This document shows, one piece after another, positions 48,421-60,351 of a stretch of DNA of 64,000 nucleotides. A program made the translations under genes and the position numbers. Origin of the DNA: Podospora anserina (Eukaryota). Under the pieces are notes generated by a model. That model did no database searches. It had not been told where the DNA came from and saw nothing but the letters and a program-made list of their open reading frames with translations. Each line of letters begins with the position of its first letter. Positions within the stretch are counted from its first letter, which is position 1. The DNA lies in contig CM030335.1 in NCBI GenBank assembly GCA_017654855.1, positions 1,612,001 to 1,676,000 on the forward strand, written 5' to 3'.

Positions 48421-49270
48421 ATGTCCAATGACCACCGGTCAGTGGCGCTTCTTTTTTTCCGCCGGCTGGCCTGCATTCCGTTTGCAACACTCGACCCCGC
48501 CCAGGGCCCTTCGTAGAACAAACAGATCGCATCACGTCCCCGAGAGCCCATCGTCGTTCTACTTCATCTTGGGCACTGAGGAGACTGGCTTCTCTACTAT
48601 CCTGGCGACCGGCTCATTTCACAAGAGGAGATTGCCAAGGTTTCCGACATCATGGAAAAGCACTCAATCGGGCCGGAGAATACTCGAATCCGGAAGCTGG
48701 TTGAGGATGGCAACCCAATAACCTGTTGCACCCTTCACGTAGTCTTATATGTCACCTACCTCAACATCGGGGTTGATGGCCCCTCCAAGCTCTTGAGACA
48801 TTGCCCAAAAACCAGGCTTGGGGCCAGGCCCACCACCGGGTACCTAGCTATACACACCTTGATCCCCGGGAACCCCCCTACAAATCTAACTCGTATTTCG
48901 TAGGCCCACTTGTCCATCCTCAAGCACATGCTTCAAGATGGAGGCGGCGTCATCCGCATCTCCCACAACACGGAGGAGGACTCAACCGTCACCATCCACC
49001 TCGACCTCACCAAGTTCGCCTCGCACGGTAAACCCGCTCCGGGCCGCTACCTCTTGCACTTGCATATCTGGCGCTGCGCTCCAAATTTCTCAGCTCGCAA
49101 GGACTTATACGAGCCTCTTTGTGCCGTCGAGGGTGAGTTCGAAACCGAGACCCAGATGGAAGTTTGTCCAGCCCAACAGGTTCCTTCGGGGCGAGGACGA
49201 GGTCGAGATGAAGTTGTATGAGGCCAGCAACAGGGGTGGATCCAGTCCTGGGCCGAGATGGATGTGTGAG
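48421..49270 (+). pseudogene. Internally deleted dipeptidyl peptidase III (peptidase M49) relic
   Basis: Collinear fragments PESPSSFYFIL, YYPGDRLISQEEIAKVSDIMEKHSIGPENTRIRK, YVTYLNIGVDG, WGQAHH|intron|AHLSILKHML, SHGKPAPGRYLLHLHIWRC, KPRPRWKFVQPNRFL...KLYEASN and IQSWAE. There are frameshifts and no HELLGH motif. Confidence 0.8.
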
Positions 49271-49437
49271 GTGTGAGATGTAACGAGCTGTCGGCTTTGC
49301 GAGAAAAAACCCTTATTAACCACCTAGAATCTAGATAATGATTAGATTTGAGCTTGCGTAGTCAACGGCGAGAATCAATGACATGTCAAACAGAGAGAAA
49401 TATCAAAGAAGAAGCCCTCAGTATATCTACCCAACCT

Positions 49438-49827
49438 CTAAACCTCTACTCTATCCCTATGCCTCGCCCTCCCACAATCACGTCTCTCCACAACCCTATC
49501 AACCCCAACCGCAAACCTCCCATCCTCCTTCAAAATATCCCCCACCAACCCTTTAAACTCCCCACCCAAAGCCTCAACCACCACCTTGACATCCGGAGCC
49601 CTCGGCGCCTCCTCCTCCGCCATCCTCACCAACTTCGCTGGATCCAGCCCTCCCTCTTTCATCACCCCTGTTTTCCCCATCGCCAACTGCCCTTTGACAT
49701 CCCTCCCACTCCTCAACTTCCCATCCAACGTCGCGGGTCCAATAACCGTATCATCTAACAATTGCTGCCATCTCGAGAGAAACATCCCCGGTCCGGCATA
49801 AGACTGTTTCAACGGCATTGTGTTCCC

Positions 49828-49875
<48 letters not shown>

Positions 49876-51959
49876 GGGTGGCGGGCTTGGTTTCCGGGAA
49901 TCACCACCGCCGCCTGACCACCCCCAAGACAGCGGCGTTGGCCACCCACTGTTGCTCAAGGAAGAAGCCGGTCGCGGAGAAGAAGGTGGGGTGTCCGGTG
50001 GTAAATTATCCAAGATTGTCTGCATCCGTTTTCTCGAAAGATCCTCCAAAGAAGAGAGATATGACGCATGCGCGTTGATGCTGGGAAGGATGCGTTCTCT
50101 TGTCCAAGAAGGCAGGGAGCTAAAGAGGTGCTGGAGGTTACTACTCACTGCGCCTGCACCTCCAGGACGTTTCCTTGATTTTGACGAGTCTGGTGACTTT
50201 GTTGATTTCTCATGTTCTGATGGCGGTCGCTGGTGCTGCTGAAACACTTTGATAGTGCTGTTACACCATACTCGAAAGTCGTTGGTGAGATAGGGGCACT
50301 GGCTGGCCACTTGATGCAGGAAATTGTACAACAACTGCCTGTTTCTTCGTAGAAGAATGACATAATCCTCCACTGATGGCGTCCGGGCCTCAGCATCGTT
50401 TTTGGGGGAACCACTGGTCCAGCTGCCGAGGAAGCCGTTCCCGTTCTTTGGTTTCACCTTGCCGATGTTGATAAAATCGCCAATGAATCCCTCAACAGCC
50501 GCTACATGCTCCCGCAGATCAACATGTTCATGCAGGACGCGAATAAACGGCTCAAACGCAGCCACAAGATCCTTGACTGCTTTGGTCAAAAGATCTGGTT
50601 GCTGACGGCAGAGTACGTTTGGAATTTCCTCGCGGTCTCTGATCATGAGCAACGTCGAGAAGTATTCAAGATACTGGGCGTGTTGTTCTTCTGTGAGGTT
50701 CTTCAGCAAACTGGGATTGGACCTCCTTAGAATAGTCACCACCATTGTTTCTGGGGTGCGTATGCTGTGATTGCGGGCCTCGTCATGCTCCTCCCTTGGG
50801 CTGCCAACATGAACTTTGATCGCATCAAGTTGGCACTTAGACGAGGCAAGTTGACCTCTGGTCTTTTCAATCTTGTCAATGGTTTTTCTTGACTCGGTGT
50901 TATCCCAAGAGAGAACCATCGAGATGATCCTAGAGAGTCAGCTATTGTGACAATCGAGACAGGATAAGGGCAAAAGAAGCATACTTTTGTAACAGATTCA
51001 TGCCATCATCCGCATCTTGGGTGAGTCCAACCCAGTTGGAAAGTGCACCGACGCCCACTTTGGCCAGCAAAAGTCGCATCATGCCGTGAATCATGGTGGC
51101 GGCATTTCCTATGCGCAGAGTCTGCTTAACCATGGAATAAGGTAGCAACTTATGCACATTTTCCATGAGTTTGAGCAGATATGGTCCCTCAGGGGTCAGG
51201 ACGAAGACATGATGTAGCAGTGTTGCCAGACTAGAAACCCCTATTAATAACGGCTTCGAAATACCTCAAAGATAGGACTCACTGGATAATGATGTAGTCC
51301 ACTGCAGCTTGAACACCAGACGAGTGTTCCTCCAGACTCTTCTGCTCAGCAGCGCAGCGGAACAGTTCATCAATCAGATTCCCATACAGCAACTCATGCA
51401 CAGCATCCTCCCATGCCCGCTCAAGATCCTCCGCTTGTGATCGGTCATAGTTGCCCTTGAGATTTCTCTTCTCTCCTTGTTCAAGACCTCCGAGTATCCC
51501 CCGGGAAACCACTTCGTGAATCGACGACGCAGCAGTGGCCAAAGTCTTCCTAGCACCCAGCGACCCCTTGTCGTAGCTCTCGGAAAGATTCGCCTCTGCA
51601 AGCTTTTCCAAGATGCCTTGAAACTTTTGGTGCCAAAACTCTGGTGGCAGATCCCGAATTCCCGGAAATGACAAAACGATGGTCCGGAGCACTCCGGCTA
51701 GTAAAGGTGACGACGAGTCGGTGGCATATGTCGGTGCGCTAGTACTGTCATTCTTAGTGCGTTGGGCAAAGGGATATCCATACCCTGAAATGGTGGCAGG
51801 GTGCTTGAAGCTTTCGACCTCTGCATATGTCTCGTGATGGGTGAGGATGTCCAAGAGCGCGTGCAGCTGGGTCGAGGTCAAAGTTTGGGGGGTTACAGAG
51901 GCCGACTTCCGTGTACTTGGGTCGCCAGATTGCTGGTGTTGGTGATGGGCCGGCTCCAT
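49438..51959 (-). CDS. PX-associated (PXB) / DUF3818 domain protein (3 exons)
   Basis: LTSTQLHALLDILTHHETYAEVESFK, LSESYDKGSLGARK and VHKLLPYSMVKQTLRIGNAATMI. Introns 51282..51231 and 50984..50930 are in frame. Confidence 0.9.
49828..49875. repeat. (TGT)16 microsatellite encoding poly-Thr in the PXB/DUF3818 gene
   Basis: Read directly; in frame on the minus strand. Confidence 0.95.
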
Positions 51960-53370
51960 GACGGGAGCTTGCGTTGTTAGTGCTGGGTGTGGACGGACAG
52001 AGACAAGTCGGTATAGGGTATACTGCTTGATGTTTCATAGGCGAATTTAACAGGTCGGAGGAGGGAGGCTGAAGGTGTCACAGGTTAGAGTTGCATGTAT
52101 CCAACTGAAAGCCATGTGGCAGATGTTGCGGCGCAAATAGCTGAGGTGACGTCAGGAGGAGCGAGCGGTGATTGGAGCAGAGGATGATAGGTATGCTGAA
52201 GGTTGTCGAATTCAGGCTGCTTGGATGCATTCATCCCCGAGCATAGGCAATAGGCCCACTGCACGATTCATGAAGCGATTCGAATCAGGGACTCTCTCGG
52301 GCGACCATGTTGGACCATTTTGGGCGGTGGGTTGGCAGAACATGACAAAGATTGTCTGAGAGTTTAAAGTTGAGAAGACTGGTGGGACGAACCGTCGTCT
52401 GGTCTGGTCTGGTCTGGTCCCGCGTGATTGGAGCCGCCAGGAACAGCCACCCGGTCACCTCTCACTTTCTCTGCCAGTCGGAGTATTTTCTACGCAACGT
52501 TTTTGGCTTCGGAGGCAGGAAGCCTTCTTGGGTTCTTGGGTGCTTCTTGGAAGTTGGAGGAGGCAGGGCGACAACCCTAACCCAGCCCCTGGACTTAGCG
52601 CAAGCGAAATGTCCGACCCCGATCGATCGGGAATTTCTTCTCTGATGCCGCTTCCATCACGGCGCACACTGCTCGCCGTGTCTGTCACCATGGTGTATCT
52701 GCCACACCACAGTCAACAACATCTGCCAGTGTTCGGTTGCCACTATGCCCGCCTTGCATCTTTGGGCCCTGGGTGACAAATGCTGGACACTCAAAGGTTG
52801 GACAGATGGCCGACTTGCCCGCTAGCCGGTGAACGGCTTTTTGCACCGCTTGTGGCTGGTCAGTGGTCGTGACCGTCGAGTCAATCACGTCGCGTCCCAA
52901 TGTCGAGCCAGCACAGGCGTCCATCAGCAGTGGCTGGCAATTGTCCATCGATGCTGCGGTCCAAACGGCGCCGTTCACCGGCCATCGTCCACCGGCCGAG
53001 GAGAAGTCGTTGTTCCAGCCTGTCGGTCCTGTCCTGGTGTTCATCGGACGACTGGCTTCTCTTGTTGAACGTCTAGTGCGGGCACCGCCGCGGAAATGTG
53101 AGTGGCCAAGAACGATATCACGGCTATCAGGCAGCCGTTGATGATCTAGCGAATGGTAGAGGGTTGGCAGGAGTCCAAAGAGTATGTTTGGAAGTGGTTG
53201 GAGGTCGTGGCGACAGCCAGTGTATATATGTGCTTGAGAAGTCTCTCAGTTCGAGAATACTGTACCAGCTTCAGGTCATCAACAACCACCTCAGACATTT
53301 GACGTTCTTCTCACATTTACACGAAATACCCGCACAGCCGCAAGCACCGTATAGCCTCAGAAGCAACACC

Positions 53371-55425
53371 ATGAAAACAGCCACAATATCCTCCCTCTGG
53401 TTAGGGAGCTGGCTTCCGGCCGCCTTGGCTGAGATGGTCACTCACGATCACAACTTCCACCCAGATCATATTCTCAGAGTCACAGAGGCTCAGGTGCCAC
53501 TGTCATGCGAGAGTCGAACAGATATCCTCGTCAACGGAACGTCTCCAGGCCCCGCTCTTCACATCCTGCCTGGGACGAGCAGTTGGATCAGGGTTTACAA
53601 TGATATGCCTGACCAAAACCTGACCATGGTGAATCTCTGGTAGTTCCCCTCCCTGGTGAGCATACGCTGACTAAGATACAAGCATTGGCATGGCCTGACA
53701 CAGAGAATGGCCCCCTTCGCTGATGGAACGCCTCTCGCCTCTCAGTGGCCCATTCCTCCAGGGCACTTCTTCGACTATGAGATTGCAACCAACAATGATG
53801 ACGCCGGCACTTACTTCTACCACTCCCACGTCGATATACAGGCCATCAGCTGCACAGGCCCCTTGATCGTTGACGACTGTGGAAGCTCGCCTTACCACTA
53901 TGATGACGAGCGCATCCTTCACTTCCAGGACTTCTTCCAAAAGTCAGATCAAGAGATGATGAACGATGTTACTAAAGGCCCTTTCAAATGGGCTGGTGAA
54001 ATCCACGGCGTTCTTCTCAATGGAAAGGGTGTTGCCACCGGCCAACAAGCCTCCATTGGCCCGTCCGGCGGAGGCAGAGGTTTCTTCGGTGGTCGCCTCG
54101 GTGGTCGTCCTGATGGTTTCGGTGGCAACTTCCGTCACCACGGCGGTGATTATGATGACCAGAGCGACAGCAAGGGCTGTGACTCCAAGTCTGATGACAC
54201 TAGCAGTGATGACTCCAACCAAGCTCAAGTCGAAATCACCGCCGGCTGTACCCTCCCCGTCATTGACGTCGAGCCTGGCAAGACCTACCGCTTCCGCTTC
54301 ATCGGCGCCAATGGCCTTTCTTTTCTTACCATGGGCCTCGAGGACCACGACGACCTCACGATCATCCAAGTCGACGGCAGCGAGTACAACGCCCCCGTCA
54401 AGACCGACCGCCTCAACATAGGCGCCGGACAGCGCTTCGACGTCCTCTTCAAGGCCAAGACCATCGACGAGCTCGAGAAAAACGGGAACAAATCCACCTT
54501 CTACCTCCAGTTCGAGACCCTCGAGCGTCCCGAGCCCTACACTGGCTACGGCGTGGTCCGGTACGACCAATCCACGCCCATCCCCACAGCCCCGGCCAAT
54601 AAGGTCCTCGACTTGCCAAGAGATCCCACCAACTGGATGGAATACACCTTCACCTCCCTCTTCCCCGAGCAGAATGAAGCCCCTTCCGCCTCTGAAGTCA
54701 CCCGCCGCATCATCATCGACGCCGAGCAAAAGCAAGAAAACGCCACCGGCAAGGTCGTCTGGGAGCTGGCTCACCTTTCCTGGACCGAGCACACCTACAC
54801 CAGCCCCTTGCTCGTCGACATCTACCAGCACGGCGACGCCGCCCTCCCCAACTGGGAAGCCGCCCAATCCAACTGGGGCTGGGACCCCAAGACAAAGTCC
54901 TTCCCCTGCAAGCTCGGCGAAGTCATCGAGATCGTCTTCCAAAACACGGGCTCTGAACTCGGCGGCATTGTCGAAACCCACCCCTTCCACGCTCACTCCA
55001 AGCATTACTATGATATCGGCTCCGGCCCCGGCAAGTACGATGCCGAGGCGAATAACAAGAAGCTTGAGCAGACGGGTTACAAGGCTGTCAGGCGGGACAC
55101 GACGATGCTGTACCGGTATGACGAGCAGCTCGGTGTTGGTGAGCCGGCTGGGTGGAGGGCGTGGAGGCTCAAGATTACGGATGCGGGGGTCTGGATGATT
55201 CACTGCCATATTCTTTCGCACATGATGATGGGGATGCAGTCGGTTTGGACGATGGGGGATGCGGAGCAGATTCGAAAGCTGCCGCCGACGGCGATTTCGG
55301 GGTATATGACTTATGGGGGGAGCGTGTATGGGAATTCGACGCATGCGCCGAGGCTGTACCAGTATTTTAATGGGACGAATCAGTGTAGGCCCGTGGAGAA
55401 GAAGGAGAGGATCAGGGTCTACTAA
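53371..55425 (+). CDS. Secreted multicopper oxidase, fungal L-ascorbate-oxidase type (AA1)
   Basis: Signal peptide, and intron 53629..53682 immediately before HWHG. All four copper motifs are present: HWHG, FYHSH, HPFHAH and HCHILSHMMMGM (axial Met). TATA-like at about 53223. Confidence 0.95.
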
Positions 55426-56083
55426 GAGTTTCTCGAGGGACTGTGCACAAAAGGGAAGGTAAAATAAGGTAGGTTATATATGATACAGATTGGGGCCGGT
55501 ATGGAAGCAAGAGCGTCTGGCTTTCGGGTTGTTTATAGATATTGTTGGCGGGTTGAAGTTGGATAGGGGTCAGGTGCATGGTGCGGTTGGCTGGATATCT
55601 TCTCGAGGTTTTACACATATACCACAGCAAGTATTTTTTAATTTTGTAATTCTCGACATAAAGACACAATACAAAAGACATGAAAATATCAAACAAAGCA
55701 CACATTGGCGTTCTTAAAATCCAAGCATCAAACGGAGATGTCCTTGTATCACCCCTTTCAGCTGACAAGTCCCAAGACGGTCTAACCTCATCCCAGGAAA
55801 TCTCCCACCAGCCTACCCCGGAAAACACAAGTTCCCTGCATACGGGATACGGGAGTTTCGAGATGAGATGATGTCAAAGCATCATCGTTCTTTTTTAAAA
55901 TCCCATCGTTTTCCTCTCTCTCTCTCTCTTTCTCTCCTCTTTCACTCATCACCATCGTCACTCTTTTCTTTGGTGTGCTTTGATCAATCTGTCCATCGTG
56001 ACATTACACTCTTTTTACACATCACTCACACACAATCACTCGTTTTACACTGAACATACAGTCTACACTCGCTCACCTTCAAA

Positions 56084-56824
56084 ATGCACCACCAAACCCT
56101 CCTCCCCATCCTGGCCCTCGCCCTCGGCGCAGCAGCCAAAACTGACATCGGAGGCTGCGTCTCTACCAAGGTCCCCTACATGACGCAGGATACGTTGGTG
56201 TACAGGTATGCCCTGCCCTTTCCCCGCCCCCCTACCTACCTATTCCCCCCCAATCTAACATCCCCATTTAGCTCCCTCCTCTGGTACCTCCCCGACACAG
56301 GCGAAATCTGCGAAATCCTCGACTGCGGCGGCGGCCGCGCACCCCCAAAGACCAACGTCCCTGGTTGTGGGAACTACGCCGGGACAGAGGAGTACAAGCC
56401 GAGGTTCTGGACTGGGTTCAACGCTGAGCCGACTACTACTAGTGTGGTTGCGAAGCCGACGACGGAGGTGAAGACTGCGACGACGGGTGTGGAGGCGACG
56501 ACTACGAAGAAGAGTGAGGTGCCGGTTGAGACGGGGGCTGTTGGCAATGAGGAGGAGGAGACGGAGGCACCGAAGCCGACGACGTTGGTTACTGTTTCGA
56601 CTAGTGCTGATGGGAGTGCTGTGACGAGGACGGTGGAGGAGGTTGTGGAGAGTACTGAGGGGGCGGGTGCTGAGGGGGCGCAGGATGGGGGTGATGCTGA
56701 GGGTGAGAGGAGCAGCAGCAGTGGCAGTAGTACTTCGGTTTCGACTGCGGGTGCGGCGCCGACGGGGGTGGTGATGATGGGAATTGTGGCTGGTGTTGCG
56801 GCGGGGATGGCTTTTGTTGCCTAG
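56084..56824 (+). CDS. GPI-anchored cell-surface protein with a small Cys domain and Thr/Glu-rich stalk
   Basis: Signal peptide, WYLPDTGEICEILDCGGGRAPPKTNVPGC motif and C-terminal STAGAAPT plus hydrophobic tail. Probable in-frame intron 56206..56271. Confidence 0.88.
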   Translation: MHHQTLLPILALALGAAAKTDIGGCVSTKVPYMTQDTLVYRYALPFPRPPTYLFPPNLTSPFSSLLWYLPDTGEICEILDCGGGRAPPKTNVPGCGNYAGTEEYKPRFWTGFNAEPTTTSVVAKPTTEVKTATTGVEATTTKKSEVPVETGAVGNEEEETEAPKPTTLVTVSTSADGSAVTRTVEEVVESTEGAGAEGAQDGGDAEGERSSSSGSSTSVSTAGAAPTGVVMMGIVAGVAAGMAFVA

Positions 56825-57606
56825 AGGGTGTTGGTACCTGTGAATTAGTTTGGATAGTAATTATGCGTTTAAACTCCAAAGGGAGGAATTGAATCAAGAC
56901 GAAACTGCATGTTGGCACAGCTTCTCCGCACTGCCCTGCCTTGGAATGCAAGCTTGGCCAGGCTTCTTTGTTGGAGTCGTCGGCGGGCTCAAAGGCGGTA
57001 TCAGATGGCAGTAATCACGTTTTCGGCTTAGTGACACAGGCCAACCCCTTCTAATTTTCCATTCCACCCTCATTCACAGGGCAACGGCAGAAGCACCCAC
57101 CGTGCTCCTCCGCCCAAGCGCCGTCGATTCCACCGACAGCCCACCAAAACACACCTCAACCAACCCTCTCTCACGTCCCTCCTCCAGCCGGCCCGCTGTC
57201 AACACGCTGCCCACTGCCCGCCCCGGAGAGCTTCGTTCACTTGACCATCGCCGTCGCGTCGTCGTGTCACTTGGCTGTCGTGAATATCAAGCACCGCAGC
57301 GAACCAGGTCCGAGTGACGTGTCCCAGTGGATTCTCAGAAGAACCAAGCCCAAGCTGCACCTCCAACTCAGTCTCGCATCAACCACAACCACAAACGCCC
57401 CCGGTCGCAGACGAGCCGACTCATTTGCACCAGCACCCCTCATTCCTCTACAGTTCGCTCGTTAATATTTTGTCGGACGCTTCCCTGCCTGGCTGTCTAC
57501 CTAGCAAATTTGTGAGCGGCCAGACGTATCGATTGCAATCGCCGTTTCCAAACACTCGACCGACCGACCGATTGACTGAACTACCCCACAAACAAACAAA
57601 CAAAAC

Positions 57607-59352
57607 ATGGCGTCGGACTCGGACCAGTCCTCGCAGATCATGGTGAATGGCATTCCCTATGAAGATCGCCTCATGGTCGATGGACCTAGCACGCCCCTCG
57701 ACGACGATACAGTCATCCCCATGTCGCAGCAGAGCATCCCGGCTACCGAGATGCCCAACTCCCCGCTGAACCACACGACCGCGTCTTTCCGATCTGACAG
57801 CACCGACGATCTTGCCGTACCCGCCGTTATTCCCTCGTCTCTCACCCCACCCCCCTCCTCACAAGTACCTGGCGTCGCCGCCGCCGCTCCCTTCAACGCC
57901 CAGGCCTTCAATGGATCTTCACAGCTCACTGGCATCGTCTCGCCCCCAGAAACCGGCTTGGCAGCAGTCAAGAGAGAAGATGGCGTGCCTGGATACATGA
58001 CACCGACGCAGGAACAAATTTCAGAGGCGTCCCCCGAGACCCTTCGTCGCATGCTCCAGAGCCTGGTGGCCGAACACGTTCAGGTCAAGATGCAGGCAGC
58101 CCACCACCGCATGCAGAACGTGCTGCTCACATTCCAGGCCCAAGAAGACGCGAACCGAGCGCAAGTCGAGCACGAGCTCACCAGACGGGAGGTGGACGTT
58201 TTGCAAAAGGCCGAATCAGCTCGGCAAGCCCGGCGCGAAATCAGCACAGCGACCGAAACCGCACAGGCGCGGTACATGAAGCTCGAGGAGATGTACAAGG
58301 AGTTGGTAGAGGAAAACAAGGCGCTCAACCAGCGGCTTAGGGGCGCCAGGAAGGTTTTGGAGGAGCGCGCCGACCAGATTGCCAGCTTGCAGGAGGATCG
58401 GGAGGTCATGCTCAACCGCATCCGGGAGAACCGTGAACACTTTCATATCCTCTGTAGTCCTGGGGGTATGTTCCATGGGGCTCTGACGCCCAAGGTCACA
58501 CAGGCGCAGAGCCCTCAACAGCAGCGGGCTACACCGCGACAAACGCCTAGGTCAGCACAGAAGGAGGTCCATCATCGGGGCCGTGGTCACAATTTGGCCG
58601 ATCTGCTTGAAGCACTCAGCCAGGATAACAACAGCGCGCCATCGACGCCAATCACTGGTCACCGCCCACGGGCCGCCGTAGGACCTAAGCACACTCGAAA
58701 CGTACAGTCCATGTCTTCCCTCCCTACCACGCCGGTGCGATTTCGCGGTGATAACGGAGGATTATTACCATCAGTCGACCTAGTTCCCCAGACCGAACCA
58801 CCACAGCGATTTCCTCGATTTTTGGCCCACACTCCCACCGCACCCAAGAGTGCTGAGCGTGAGCGACGCAGGAGTAGGGAGTCGACCATCTCGGCGGATG
58901 ATAACGAGGAGTTGGCACGGCAAGCACTGAGGTCCATTACTACTGCGGCATCATTTGCCCCCCGTGCGTCTGTCAGCTCGCAGCGGTCTCGCGGGTCACA
59001 GAGGGTACAAGATGGGGAGGAGGTGGAAGAGGAGGAGATTTATGAGAGTCAGGCCAGCCAGGCCGCGTCGGAGATGTTGAGGCGGGATCCGAGGGAGAGC
59101 TTCGAGGTTGCGGCTTCGGTACAAAACTCACGAGATGGGACGCCAGCCGCGGCGGATAAGAGCGCGAAGCTTCAGGCGAAGCTGTTTGGGCCATTGAATA
59201 AGAGCGGTGGTGCTTTGGCCGGGGGTGGGAAGAGGAAGCTTGGTGAGCTTGAGCGGACTATGGATGTCTATGCCGTCGGTGGTGTCAAAAGCAAAAAGTT
59301 GAGAGATGGAAGGGTTGGGCTTGGGATACAGTACAGCCAGGAGTCGGCTTGA
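57607..59352 (+). CDS. Conserved fungal coiled-coil hypothetical protein (581 aa)
   Basis: Uninterrupted ORF with AAAC ATG. Heptad region AAHHRMQ..L...RAQVEHELTRREVDVL...RIRENREH and motif YESQASQAASEMLRR. Confidence 0.88.
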   Translation: MASDSDQSSQIMVNGIPYEDRLMVDGPSTPLDDDTVIPMSQQSIPATEMPNSPLNHTTASFRSDSTDDLAVPAVIPSSLTPPPSSQVPGVAAAAPFNAQAFNGSSQLTGIVSPPETGLAAVKREDGVPGYMTPTQEQISEASPETLRRMLQSLVAEHVQVKMQAAHHRMQNVLLTFQAQEDANRAQVEHELTRREVDVLQKAESARQARREISTATETAQARYMKLEEMYKELVEENKALNQRLRGARKVLEERADQIASLQEDREVMLNRIRENREHFHILCSPGGMFHGALTPKVTQAQSPQQQRATPRQTPRSAQKEVHHRGRGHNLADLLEALSQDNNSAPSTPITGHRPRAAVGPKHTRNVQSMSSLPTTPVRFRGDNGGLLPSVDLVPQTEPPQRFPRFLAHTPTAPKSAERERRRSRESTISADDNEELARQALRSITTAASFAPRASVSSQRSRGSQRVQDGEEVEEEEIYESQASQAASEMLRRDPRESFEVAASVQNSRDGTPAAADKSAKLQAKLFGPLNKSGGALAGGGKRKLGELERTMDVYAVGGVKSKKLRDGRVGLGIQYSQESA

Positions 59353-60351
59353 GAAATGGGATGAAAGAGGATGGGTGCGAGGGGCCGTCGCAGCGATGGA
59401 AGAAATTGGCCTAGGAGGATCTTGTCTCTATTTTCTTCTGGGGACCTTTGCTTCTATGGAGTTGGAGCTTCTTGATATAAGATGGGCACAGATTGCTTTT
59501 GATTGCGGTCGGGTGTGGTGGTTCATTCATGGGGTCATGATTATGACCGGGCTTTGCAGCCCTTGCTTCTTGCATGTGTTGGATTATTCTACGTTTGGAT
59601 ATGATCAAAAGTGCCATCATTTGCTGAGGTGTAGATATCTTGATGACTGGGCGTTTTCGTTCAGGTGAAAAAGGGTCAAGAATGGGGTGGGATAGGATTG
59701 CAAGCAGGGTAATATGGAACATATATACTAGCATTGTTGCTGTCACCAAAGGCCCGGCTCGGAGAAGATATGTACACTATGGCCGGACCGAGCCGGATCT
59801 CTTGCAACGTCAATGACAAGTGTTCGGAACCCATCCCGGGGATGGCTCCAGTTTGCAGGCGCCTCGTGATCCATCTCCCGGTGACAGATTTATGGGTGTG
59901 GGGACCCCGCATGCCGAAATCGAGTGCCGCCCACCCCCAGTCCGCTGCCCGCAGTGCCCGAATTTGCCTCCCGGGTTTGCGATTTTCCCCAGCTGCGTCC
60001 CCAGCGCGCCCAGTTGCCGGGGGACATGGTGGGCGGTTGAGGTCTGGTGTGGAATCCACGTCCCCGGTTTCGCGGCCGCGAGAAAACCCGATTATTTTTA
60101 TTCACTTTTGTTTTGTTTCCGGTTTCTTACTTTTGCCTCCTTTTTTCTTCTTTTCTTTTTGGTTTTATCTGAACGATACCCTCCAAGTCCGTCCGTTTGT
60201 CTGTAGCTGCCTGCTGTCTGTCGTCTTGGTGTAGCGTTCCGATCTCTTCACTCACCAACACAACTGCCGAACTCACAACCCCCTCCTATACCGGCCTGCC
60301 TTTTTTTCCACCACCCACGAAGCCACATCTCAGAAAAAAACAACCGCCAAA

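Noticed and set aside
53944-55344. 466-aa minus-strand ORF
   Set aside because: Antisense to the multicopper oxidase.
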